DNA from: Azolla caroliniana
Taxonomy: Eukaryota; Plantae; Polypodiophyta
NCBI GenBank assembly: GCA_043228905.1
Contig: JBHGNT010000018.1
Span: forward strand, 18,042,001 to 18,106,000
Direction of reading: 5' to 3'
Length of the DNA: 64,000 nucleotides
This document shows, piece by piece, positions 14,087-26,200 of the stretch; positions within the stretch are counted from its first letter, which is position 1, and the number at the start of each line of letters is the position of its first letter. Below the pieces are notes generated by a model. That model was given only the letters and a program-made list of their open reading frames with translations, searched no databases and had not been told where the DNA came from. Made by a program: the position numbers and the translations under genes.

Positions 14087-15378
14087 GTCTTCTTTGCAGG
14101 TATTCCTTTCTGGGCTTTGATAATGCTCATTTACTATTTAGAAAATATAGAAAGATACTGAGTAAACTAAACTATACTTTTACAGTTCATCCGAATGTAT
14201 ACATAAATTTTTGCTGGTATAAAGCATTTTACGGTTCAGTGCACATGAAGAGTTTCTAATACAAAAATGAAGACGTTGAATCCTCAGAGTATGTGGAACT
14301 GTGCAAGAGTCACGACTATAACTTTATATGGTGGCCATAGCTTTTGGAGATTTTATTTTTTGCTTCTTGCTAGAGGTGCGCTTTGATCTCTAGTTTTTGA
14401 AAGAAAGAATCCATTTTCACGGGCAAGAGGTTAATAAATTATTTTCAAGGTCAGGTGTTTGGAGGCAGTGAACGGCTGCTTTTCACAATCCGGCTGAAAC
14501 ACATTTTTTCACGTGGCTTAGGTCAATGGTATCAGATAATGAGATTATGTTAATTATTGAAACGAGATGAGAGATCATTCATTCTTAATCGAAGTGTTAA
14601 ATTTGTATTTCCAGTATCTTGTTTCTTCAACTATACAAAATGATGAATGTATGTATGTATACATAATCAAATTTCTTCAAGGGCTTTGATTGGGCAGAAT
14701 TTGCAGCTTAAATTCTTGATACGTTATGTTTTCAGTGTGATATCTATGGTCGAGTTCAACATAATAATTTTACCCAAGGTAATGTTATCTTACATGATGT
14801 TTGTGTGCAACATTATATTGTCTCTGATTTGCTGAAGACCATGAACTTGTGATACTCAATTGCTGTTTAACTGAGAAAAAACAAACTCTTCGGCCCATAA
14901 GCCTATAATACTTAATTGCTGCCCAAATGGAAAAAATAGTGCCTGACTGACAATGTACACCCAAATAGGGCAGCAAATAAGTTAAATATATGAGGCAGAA
15001 AATATGTTTAACACATCTCGACACTGTGTTGATTCCTTCCCTACCATCTACCATCTTCTACTGCAGTGTAAATGCTTCCCACATCATCTTCTATTCCTTA
15101 CCAACTTTTTCTCATGGCATTGCGATCAAGAAATTGCCACCTTACCTGGTCTCCAAAATGAAGAACAAAAAGACCTATGACAACCTTATACCCAAAGGAC
15201 TTTGGTCAGACCAAGGGAAACTCTCCCTGAAAAGACAGCCTTCTACAAAAGGTTGTTTAATGACTAATCCATATAGGCTTGAGGTATGTACACATCTACA
15301 TGTTCCATAGTGTTCTTGAAGCAGTAGGCCAAATCATTCCTACAAGCTCTATATTGATATGCACATCATTGTGTGCGG

Positions 15379-15606
15379 CACCTCCATTGACAATGTGCTG
15401 AGAAGTGACCATAGAGTAAGTAGAGGAGTGACACCAACAACAAATAATTCATTGTGTCACATCTCCATTGACAATGTGCGGAGAAGTCACCATAGAGTAA
15501 GTAGAGGAGTGACACCAACAACAAACAATTCACTGAGTGTCACACCTCCATTGACAATGTGCTGAAAAGTCACCATAGTTTAAGTGGAGTGACACCAACA
15601 AACAAT
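15379..15606. repeat. Tandem repeat, ~81-83 bp unit, ~2.8 copies
   Basis: The unit cacctccattgacaatgtgc..gaagt.accatagagtaagtagaggagtgacaccaacaaca starts at 15379, 15460 and 15543. Confidence 0.9.
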
Positions 15607-15827
15607 GTGAGGCGCATGGGCCATACCATCACTAAATCATAGAGATAATTGCTCATTATTTAAATCAACAAAGGGACACCCAAATCTGCTACATGACATT
15701 TATCATAGCCTCACTTGACACCTGCATATATCAAAGTTCCCTCACCGCTATTTATTCTATACATATTAATTATGCATGTCTTCCTTGTAAACCATCTTGA
15801 GAATCATGCCATTGTATGGATTGAGAT

Positions 15828-16203
15828 CATAGATAAAAAACGTGTATCTAACTTTAGAATACGTCAAACACATTTTAGAATACTCTAAAGCTTTCTACAT
15901 GTATTCTATTTTCTAGAATTGCTGTTTTTCAAAATTTCACGTATTCTATCAATTTGAAATATTCTATGTATTTAAAAAGTATTTATTATTTCAAAAAAGT
16001 TCAAAAGTTTTTTAAATTATTATTTTTTGAAAAAACCTTTAAATTGAAGAGGTATTTAACGAAATTTACAAGTATTCTTCGTATTTAAAGTATTCAACAC
16101 GTATTCTAAGTTTTTAACATATTTTATTTGTAAAATACATAATCTAAGAATACTTAGCATACATATTCTACAGGTGTTGTATGCTAAGTATTCTACAACA
16201 ATG
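15828..16203. mobile_element. hAT-type MITE (376 bp) with 8-bp TSD ATTGAGAT
   Basis: Exact ATTGAGAT at 15820-15827 and 16204-16211. The termini CATAGATAAAAA / TCTACAACAATG are imperfect inverted repeats. The interior has many GTATTC/GAATAC subterminal motifs. Confidence 0.75.
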
Positions 16204-16667
16204 ATTGAGATCAATACCATGGATCCATATTAGCAACATTGAATTCACCCATATTTGTTATCATGATTCATCCATTTTTATATAGTTACATTCAATTGCA
16301 TTCAGCTGGTGGAACCAATTTAGTTTTTCTTCTGAATCTATGGATGATTTTGTGATTTCATTGCCTCCCAAAGCTTTCTTTGCACATGCATATGCACTAA
16401 ACTAATGCATAATTAATGATACTGAGGTGGAACTTGGTGATGAATTAGGAAATGTAGAAATTTTCTATTAATGCACAAGAAACCATAAACTATAGCATAT
16501 GAACCATGAATAAGAGTTTGTTGCAACTTTGTCATAATAGCGAAATGAGAGTAAACCATTTATATTATTCATGGATTCATGGAGTACAGATTTAGCCATG
16601 ACATTGACTACCACTCTTTGGCAGCTATATGGATTTTATTTGTATCATGCATTTAAGAGGCATTCCA

Positions 16668-17943
16668 CTAGAGCTTTTGCAACCTAGCTACATTATCTTC
16701 AGATTCCTGGAAAGAATAAAAGCACCACAGATAAACATAAGCACCAAACAAAGTTTCATCAAATGATATTGTTGGTGTTTTTACCTGGACAGTATGTGGC
16801 AGGTATTTTCCATTGAAAATGACCACAACCCGATCTTCCCCGTCGTTTCCCTTTACCTTCTCCACGGTGCAATAAAATCCAATTGCAGACATTCTACAAT
16901 CCACGAGTATATATAAAAGCAAATTTTTTAGCCAAGAACTCTTAAAATCCACTGAATCTATTCCTGACAGAAAAGGCTAGTATAGTAGTATGCAATCTAT
17001 TCCTCACATGCCATCGCCAAGCTCCTCGTTGATGATCGCTTTAATGCTTTCTGCATAGTGTGCAGTGGCTTCTTGAAACCTTTTACGACAAATACAATTA
17101 CGATCAATGAATAAGTACAAAAGAGGATAGATGCCTTCTCACGCATGAAACACTTAAAATTTATATACTTCTATGGATTTTGTTCCCTTTATAAAGATTT
17201 CTGATAAAACACTGACTCAAAGTCTGCCAAGCAACCACTGCGCCTGCCCATTTGCTAGCATTTCCTGTTTGTATCATTAACACTAAACCCCTAAACTCTG
17301 AATCCAAAATATGAAAAACGGCCTCATGACATATAGGAGGCTTCACATGAGTGTCATATGTATTGGCACATAGAAACTTGTAAGATGCAGCGCTTTGCTT
17401 CAAACTATGTCACCACAAGCTTGGGTACCCAAGGAAGTTTGCACTGGAATTTTCCTTTAAACACTGCTAATGATGCAGTTTTCACATGAATGCTCACCAT
17501 AGAAATATGCAGAATAATGATGAAGAATCCTTTGACAACTTAATTTCAACCCCAAACTGTTGATACAGGGAACTTAACATAAGATACAGAGATTTCCTTT
17601 AGACAAGAATTTATGCTATTTCCAATTCAGACAAAGAAGCCCTAATTCTGGTACAAACTTTTACATACCTGTAGATGGTGGGGTCTTGCAAGATGGAGGG
17701 GTCATATGAACGAAGAGGAATTTTCTTCATGGCATGGATATGGTCATCAGTGAGGGACGGAACAGACCTCTGAAGGGTTTCAGCCATGGGTCCAGGTAGA
17801 GGAGCCTGGCGATGGAAGAGCTGAGCTACATAAGCATTGGTCAGGCCGGTTTCCTTGGCGATCTGAGTGAAGCTCTTCCCGCTCGATTCTTTGGCTTGCA
17901 GAAGCTCTCTCACAAGGGTTGCCTTCTCGGACACCGTAGCCAT
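16668..17943 (-). CDS. CYN: Cyanase (cyanate hydratase), ~164 aa, 4 exons (17943-17669, 17079-17008, 16893-16785, 16706-16668)
   Basis: The spliced product reads MATVSEKATLVRELLQAKESSGKSFTQIAKETGLTNAYVAQLFHRQA...[64 protein letters not shown]. It has an N-terminal HTH and the catalytic R, E and S positions. Junctions are GT-AG and in phase. Confidence 0.93.
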
Positions 17944-19121
17944 GGCAGCGTTGGAGGAATTCAGACAACCAACAGAATCGCCCACATGGCTTTTGTCTAT
18001 GAAGGAGAAAGAGGTGCTAAAGTGCCCACATGTCTATCTATCTGTGAAGGGCCAAGTAGGACAAGATTGCCCACATGGCTATGTGTGAAGAGCACAACAC
18101 ACACCCGAAAGATGTTCGCATACATGGCCATCTTTACCGAAGCAAACACCCCCGTTGAGCTTGATACACCTTCGGCCATGATATGGGCATGAAAGAGATT
18201 ATTTGAGTTTATGGGAGGGAATGTTCTATTTCGTAGAGTAAGTTATGTTATGGTTATGCATATCTAGAATCATGCATTGGTTGTTAGAACCGCCTTACAT
18301 GCATTAGTTCCCAAAAACCTACATTGAAGCAGTGTATTGTTTTCTTATGAATTTATTGGCTGCGTAATGCAATGTTATTTCGATGGTCTTTCTTTGAGCA
18401 TTTGGTGTCATAGACTCATCCAAGAGCAAACAATGCTTTGGGTTATAGCCAAATTTTGTTGTTGTTAATTGAACCACGGGTAGTATTTTGGTGGTTAGAG
18501 AGTTGTTTATTTTTCCCTGTTAGGATTGCATCCAAAGAAGATGTTGTTCGTGTTATTGTTAATGAAGATAGACGTGAGGGGAAGAACTATCCCATGTGAA
18601 CCTTTATGATGAGAAACAATTCATTTAAAGAGGCCTCTAGTGCATTATATACGGTGATGAAGTTTGAGCTAAAGTTAACCACTCTTAACAAAAAGTGTTG
18701 ACATTTTAGAATTAGTATTAACATACTTTATTGCTCTTTTGGTATCAACATTTGTTTCGCCTCACACTAAGTCTATGCATGAAAATATATGGCATGTTTC
18801 AAAGGTGAAAAATAAGAGGAAAAAAATATATCATGGCAATTTTCATTACTATTATCCTAGTTTATTCAAAGGAAGTAAATAGATAATAGAACCCTTGTGA
18901 TGGCTTATATAACTTGATAGCTTGCATTAGAAATCCAATAATGCACTTTGGTACAAAGCCATTCCCACAACAAATCATATTCTGAATTGATCTCCTACAT
19001 CAACATTTAAAGGTTTATCTAACACTTATAGTTCCTAGGTTTCTTACCAACCTATACTTGATAACAATATTGTCAAAGATTATCCTTCAAAAAGTCTATA
19101 GATTATTTTGTCACGAGATGG

Positions 19122-19222
19122 CATTATGTGGACGACATTATGCTCACATCTAATGATAAATTTTTGATTGCCATGGTAAATTTTGATTTGAAGAATACAT
19201 TTGATATGGAAGATTTGGGAAA
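19122..19222 (+). mobile_element. Ty1/Copia reverse-transcriptase remnant
   Basis: Translates HYVDDIMLTSNDKFLIAMVNFDLKNTFDMEDLGK, the YVDD...FDMxDLG signature of Copia RT. Confidence 0.7.
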
Positions 19223-19835
19223 GTGATGGTCTATGATAGGCATGGACATTGGCATTGGCAACCTATGAAATAATCCTAGACACTAAGCAACATATATGTA
19301 ATTGCACTAAACGTGTAAGTATAAAAGTTGCACTTTTCACTTCTACGTCTTATTCACTTTTCACTCAAGAGCTAGAGTTTTCTTACAAGTAGGTACACAT
19401 GTTTACATCCTTCTTTATGTTGATGACATAATCTTGGGCTTTGAATCTCATGCATATCTACACAACATCATCTCCATCGACTCATGACAAACATTCCCAA
19501 TTATGTAAAAATCCCTAACAGCTCAAAAAAAGAAAAAGGATCTCTCTCTCTCTCAATTAGGTTACATTGGTGGTAAGTTGTTACACTACTACCACTACAT
19601 CTTGGGTTCAAAACCTAAATTTTCACTTCTCTATTACTTCATACATATCTCTTAATTCACTAGATGCCACTATAGAATATAGGGCTTGAACCCATGACAT
19701 TGAGCAACCATACCAGCCAAGCTCTCTCTCTCTCTCTCTCTCTTGATTACCTTAATTAGCACTATGAGCACTATGCCTTAGATTCGAAACCCAATCTGTC
19801 ACCTCTCTATTACTTCATATATATCTTGGAATGTT

Positions 19836-19893
19836 GGGGTTAAACCCATGACCTCCTGGTCTCCATAGGGCAACCTTTCCAACTGAACTACAT
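19836..19893 (-). mobile_element. Degenerate tRNA-derived (SINE-like) head
   Basis: The minus strand reads tagttcagttgg (A-box-like) ... gggtttaacccc (B-box-like). A related partial copy lies at ~19681-19720, both flanked by (CT)n. No intact cloverleaf. Confidence 0.35.
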
Positions 19894-20201
19894 CTATTTG
19901 GGCTCTCTCTCTCTCTCTCTCTCTCTCATTCATGCATCTCTTAATGAGTGGTTTAATTGGTGTACACTTATTGGTATAGCCATCTACAACGTAGAATCAT
20001 GCAAGCTGTTGGTAATCTACTTACCAAATTCTTTCATATCATTAGTTAAGCTGTAAGAGTAACCAATTTTATAGAAGAAATTAACATTTGAAAGACGTTG
20101 ATTTCTTTTATTACAAATGGCAATCAATAACCATTCTATTACAAAGGCTTTTCCGCCTAATTTGAAGTAATAACCCCAACAAGGATTGTAGATCTAGAGT
20201 T

Positions 20202-23200
20202 CTAAGATGGGTTCTTTCTTCTTATCAATGTGGGAATACCATAGCATACAGGTGAAGCACCAATGAGATATGGCAATCTACATGCATCTCTTCCTTCTCC
20301 AACATGAGTAGCTGTACGTACTCTACCCTGTAACATAGCTTGTCGACTTGATCCATCTTCAGACATAACAGTTAGTGCAGCCTTATTATGTCCTTTTCTG
20401 AGGCTTTGTTTTTTGCTCTCTTTCACCTTATTACATGAAGTGACCCTAGCCTCTTGGTCAATTTCAGAATCTAACCATTTACTGAGGAGGACTCTGCTAA
20501 ACCTATCGATATCACCATCAGTCACATCCCATAGATTTGCAATAGCTGTTGGACAGCCTGTCATTAGGTAAGTCCAAGGCACTCCTAGAGGCTCATAATC
20601 ACCTCTCATCAATAGGCGGCCACTGCTACAACCCATCAGCAACGCAGCAGCACAGCATTTCATTTTCCTCATTCGCCTCTCGGGAAGGTATTGATCTCCT
20701 GCAGTTTAGTTCAGATGATGATTTTATTCTCAGAATCCATTAGTAGATCCAAATTTCTTGTTGAGATTCATGTTCAAAGAGGGTGTACCACTTCCATGAC
20801 CAAAATATACAAACAGCTCATGTGTTTGCAGACCATCCATATATTCTTCAGCAGTAGGTATTTCCCCTACCCTCCCCTGCAAACCAAAAGTTTCCATATA
20901 AATAAATATACATTGTTATATATATGTAATACATATCGAATTGCATGGTAGCAAACCTTGGCAATATGAAAACCTGACACAATCAAGATAATTATGTTGG
21001 ATATGTATGTATGTATATACACATTTTTTTCAACACATAATTTCAAATATCTTTTTTAGCTATCTGGCTTTGTATATCACAAAATTCACCAAACTAGCAA
21101 ATTTCTTTGAGTATCAGATTTTAGACTTGATGGACAGAATGGATATCTCTAAACTGTGCTGTGTTTTATGAGACAAGAAACAGTTACCATTGCCTCTTTA
21201 ACCAAGGTTTTTGCGCACTATGCAAGGCAATAGAATATGAGGACAAGTTTATCAAGGGCTACACAAGGAAGCTCCCAACCAGGACATTGCAAAAGGGTGA
21301 CAATAGATCGGTCAACAGCAATTTGTTATGTACATAGGCCCTGGCTTCGGGAACCATGATCTCACCGGCCCAGTCATCAACAAATAAAGGCTGTTATCTC
21401 TCTTCATCATAGGTGCTTCAATCACTTCAGAAGACCTCTCCCTTCTGGATCATCCTATGCTAGAGATCTTTCAAGAATATATTTAATCGCTTTATTTCTA
21501 GTTACTTTTCTTAGGTAAATTTTATTTTGGTTTGTTGTTCTCAATGATAAAGATAACATTTTAAAATGTAATCTCTTGTTTGGTCTTACGGGCCATTTTT
21601 GCCTCTTAAAAGACATTAATATATTTTTCTTTCTTTTTTCTGGACCACTCGCATTACGATCAACCTATTTTTGACCAATGCCTATCAGATATTCAACTTA
21701 CTTCTGATCTCAGTAATACCAGGTTTTGATAAAAAAACGAAAGTACAAGTGTAAGTAGAACTCTCTCTTGAGAATCACAAAATCAACCAACCTCCCACCC
21801 ATGCTGACTCCTGAACATTTCCTCAAAAGCTGCCTGTGTGCTTCCAAGATCCCCACTGGGATTGAGGAGAAAGTATGCATTGTATGGATCGATGGAGGGC
21901 ACATCAGAGACACATGCCAAGGAATGTTCATTTGCAACCACCCTTCTCGGAAATTGACTTGCTAAACTTTCCTGTTTGCTTTTCATTGTTTCATGCAAAC
22001 CTCTCTGTGTCACAAGCGCTTGGATTGCACCTATAGAGGGCATCCTGTAGACTTCATTCATTCTTAATGAAGGGAAACTCTCCCATGGAAATGCCTGAAA
22101 CAGTACAGGATATAGTATATTAGTTAGATGCAACTACAATGAGGAATAAATTAACTCTGTAACAGACTTGATGGTGTGCACCTGAAGATGCCGGTCAAGG
22201 ATTAGTACTATGGGATCCCGATGAAAATTCACATTTTCCGAATTTTGCACACCACCAAAGGAACTCGCTGTTTTTTCTGCTGATTGAAAGAATTCAAGAA
22301 ACATCCTGGCTGCTACTTCTGTCGTCTCAGCAATTACAGAACTCCCCACAGAATCCAGAACCCTACACCGTGCGCCTTTATTACAGCTAAAATGGTAGCT
22401 CCTCTGACCAAGCATCCAGGTAATTCCTTTCTCCAACTCAGCCTTGGTTAACAAGCCAGTTCCTTGTAGCAAAAGACAGATCAGTTCACTATTAAGTGAG
22501 CATGACTTGGCTAGAGATTCTAACTGCTGTTTCAAGCAATCAGCACTATGCCTGAAAGTCTCTGAAAATTTGCCAGAGAAATTCCCAAATAGAAATGATT
22601 TCCATGGACCCAACCAGTACTCTTCTATCGTTCTGCAAAGTCAAGCTAGAAATAGTTAACAAAGAAACGGCTATTTGAGCCAAACCAGCAACGTTTACAG
22701 GTCATATATACCTTAAAAGTGATGCAAGTCGAATGTCAAGATCCATTCTCCACTCCCACCATCTACACTTGTCCTCGACAGAATTCAGACGTCCAACTCC
22801 AGAAGTTGATTGTCTGCTTTCATCAAGAATAGTACTAAGCTTGCTGAGAAGACTACTGAATGCTGGCCTTTTGCTTCCTTCCACTGTTACATCATCATCA
22901 TCCAGGTTATACGGACAACAAGAAGTACCGAGGCCTAAATAAACATCACGACATTCTTAGCAGAGGTTCTTCTTGAAATAACATTTCGAATCGTGCAATG
23001 ATAAAAGAGATCTACCGCCTACCTTCAGGCAATGAAGCACAGTGGAACATCATGGACAGAGGGTTCAAACCAGTATCAAAACGTGTAATCAGAAGCCATG
23101 AATCATGATGAATAAACTTCTCGCTCATGAATAGAGATTGCATCTCTTGATCAACCAAGCTTAAACAGACGGTTGAGCAGGGCAGTTCAGGATCATGGTC

Positions 23201-26200
23201 AATAGCTCTCTTAAGATCACTCAAATCACTTGGCTGAATCCTGTAAAACTTTAAAAAACAAGTTGATATGCTACACTAATGAAGATGGAGACTAAACCAT
23301 TTAATCCAACAAAAATTAACATCATATACCTGAGTAGCTGCTCCATCTGCTCGATACATTGGTGGGCATTACAGCATTCCTCCAATTCCTGCCAATATTT
23401 CATCTCGTATCAGTTCGACATGCATCAGTTGGAAAAAAAGAATTCAGAAGCAAGAACAGGGTCTGTGCTATAGACCTTTCCTGTTGCTGTCTTTGACGGA
23501 TGTTTTCTAGCTTTCAACATGGTGAGGTGCTTTTGCCGAGCAGTTGCACCTAAAGATATCTGATGGAAATATGACGCTGATTTCAGAGGCAAAACACCAT
23601 TGATCAGGGAGACCTCAAAGGGGCCTCCAAAATCCTTGGGTACATGAAGTATCGCCAAAGTCCTTGCTACCTATACCATGTAAATTGCGACTAAATTACA
23701 AGAATGCTCAATGTTTACAATCTCTGTCATAATACCAAACAAATAATAACCCGTCATACCTTTGACATTAATGGAGGCATTTCTTTGCATAATAGGAAAG
23801 CTCTAGTTAGCCATATTAATGCTTGAGATACATCAACAGTTGAAAAATAGCAGCATCGTTCACTACATTAAGTTTCATTTATTTTGCTGACATCAGAAAG
23901 GTTAGACATCTAGTTGTAATAGAGTACTATACAGATTATGAATATATTTACCTAAATTCCTCGCATTTTTCTTGGCATAAAGCAAGCATGCTTATATGAT
24001 ACAGCAAACTGCTTTCTTCAATTGGAAAAAGTCCCATCTCCTTCAGAGAAATGCAATCAGGTTGACAAACTCCAGGAGAATCAGACGTTGATGAAGAGAT
24101 ATATATACCACGTTGCACAACTGAGAGAGCTTTGTAAAACTCTTGATGTGCTTTATGGATGTTTTGCATATTTCTGAAGTACTTTCCTGAAAACAAATAG
24201 AGATCACTGTCAAAATATATGATGAAAGCTGCCAACAATTTTCATAAAGTTCAATCTTTTTCAGTTGAAGAAAATAATGCCTCTTCAGGCTATATATCTA
24301 TTACCTTTCTGTAATAGAACTCTGGCCATCAAACGTTTTGCATGTCTAGACAATTGAAGATCCAACCATTCTTCAATCGGCAATGGCTGAAAACTAGCTT
24401 TGCTATTGCAATGACACCAGCACATTTTCAGGGATCTACTGGAAATTTCATTAAAGTTTTCTATGACAGTGGTTTCTTCAGATAATTTTGCTCCATAATC
24501 ACTTTCATGCATTTCAAGGCTTGAATTCTGCACATCAAATTCTAAAACCAAATCACGCGTCTTTTTCCTTAGGCGAGGCCTTCTCTTTTTCTGTGTATTC
24601 TCCAAGCCAATCTCATATTTACCAACTTCTTGTGGATTGCTTTCACTAATAGCCAGTTTAATGTTTGTCTCCATACACAATTCATTAACTCCATCTTCTT
24701 CCCTTTGCTTTGCAGCAGCTGCAACCTTGCGCCTTGTACGATACCCAGTCATATTATTATTTCCTTTATTTAAAAGTGCAGGTTTCAATTCAGGAACTCC
24801 ATCAGAATGTTTTTGTGTGCTGGTAGACTTTCTGCCAGCCCTATGCCTGTCGGTGCTGGAAGAACAATTGGTGTCAATATGAAACACATTCGAACAAGAT
24901 GGCTTTACAAAATCCTTGTTTCCAGATATGTTGAGACATTCATTCTCCTGGGACAAGCTTGTTTTGCTAGGACAGAACATATTTTCTCCAGTTTCATTTT
25001 TACAGCTTTCAACGATAAGGCAGTAGAGTTGTTTTTCAGCATCGCAATACTTCTCTATCACATGGTTACATGTTTCATTAGAATTCATAGCAGTTCTATC
25101 ATCACGAAGATATTCCAGGTCAGCAAAGCGGGAACTTAGAACAGCTTCAGCCATTTCCCTACAATGATGACAGTATAGTGTCTTATCTTGATCATTTAGC
25201 AGTCGTTTGGCAATTACAAGGCTGTCCTCAGCTAGCTGCCATGAATGTTTTTTTCTTTGTACCTCCCCTAGAAATAGAAAATTTCTATGTTAATAGACAA
25301 TAAGGCCTCATTTTCAATTTAAAATTGTGAGCTGTATAATAATTATCAACCTAAACATGAACTAAAAACTCCTCCTACGAATGAGAGACTGTGAGAAGTT
25401 GCAATTTGGAAGCCTTCTTGGAAACTATTCTCTGCATCATCAATGATGCCTAACATTTGATTGAGGGTCCCAACCTGTAAAAAGAGAAATGTTGGCATCA
25501 AGAACAAAAAGGACAAAAATGCATCCATTACAACAAAGACATAGAACTACCTGCATCAGACTTTCTAAATAATTGCTAAGAATTTGCCATTGACTAGGAC
25601 CTGCATCATGCTTTCCTAGATTCACCCTTGGCCATTTGCCAACAACAATAGATCCCAACGGTTCAAGATAATGAGCTTTCTGATTATCTTCAACAGCTTC
25701 TGCCTCAGCAACCCTAAACGTAGAGGATTTTGCAGAGATCTTGAAGAATCTATACAATAATTTGAGCCGAAGACTAAGTGCTTCTTTTGCATTTTGAAGA
25801 GCCTAAAATAAGAATACAAAAACCAACTCTAAGAACGTCAATTATCTAGAAATGGGCACCTGGCTTGAATATAATAACTTAGATTAGACATACTTCTTGC
25901 AGTTTTGCATTTCGACAATTAGATTCTGCCACCATGAAGAATGCCTGAGCTAGACTGCAAATGCTATCATTAGCTTTCGCTTCCTACCACAAACAGAAAC
26001 ACTGTTTTTTTTAAGCAGCACAAATAAAGATTTTGAACAGCAAAATAAAAACCACATACTCACTTGTAATTCTTGAATTATTTCTTCCAAACTGGATGGA
26101 GAAGGGCTGTCAGAAATTGTGCTTTCACTAGATCTTGGGAAGAAATTTAGACTGTTGATAAAAATCAGAGAAAACATCCCTTTGGGATGTTTCTTGACCA

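Noticed and set aside
15379-15606. 81-83 bp repeats as a CRISPR-like array
   Set aside because: The whole unit is repeated with no unique spacers, there are no cas genes, and the context is eukaryotic.
16668-17985. Cyanase as horizontal transfer, or an N-terminal extension from GTG at 17985
   Set aside because: The sequence is plant-type with spliceosomal introns, and the ATG at 17943 gives the usual length.
19836-19893. Functional tRNA gene (also 36140-36205)
   Set aside because: Only box-like motifs are present; the acceptor and anticodon stems cannot be formed.
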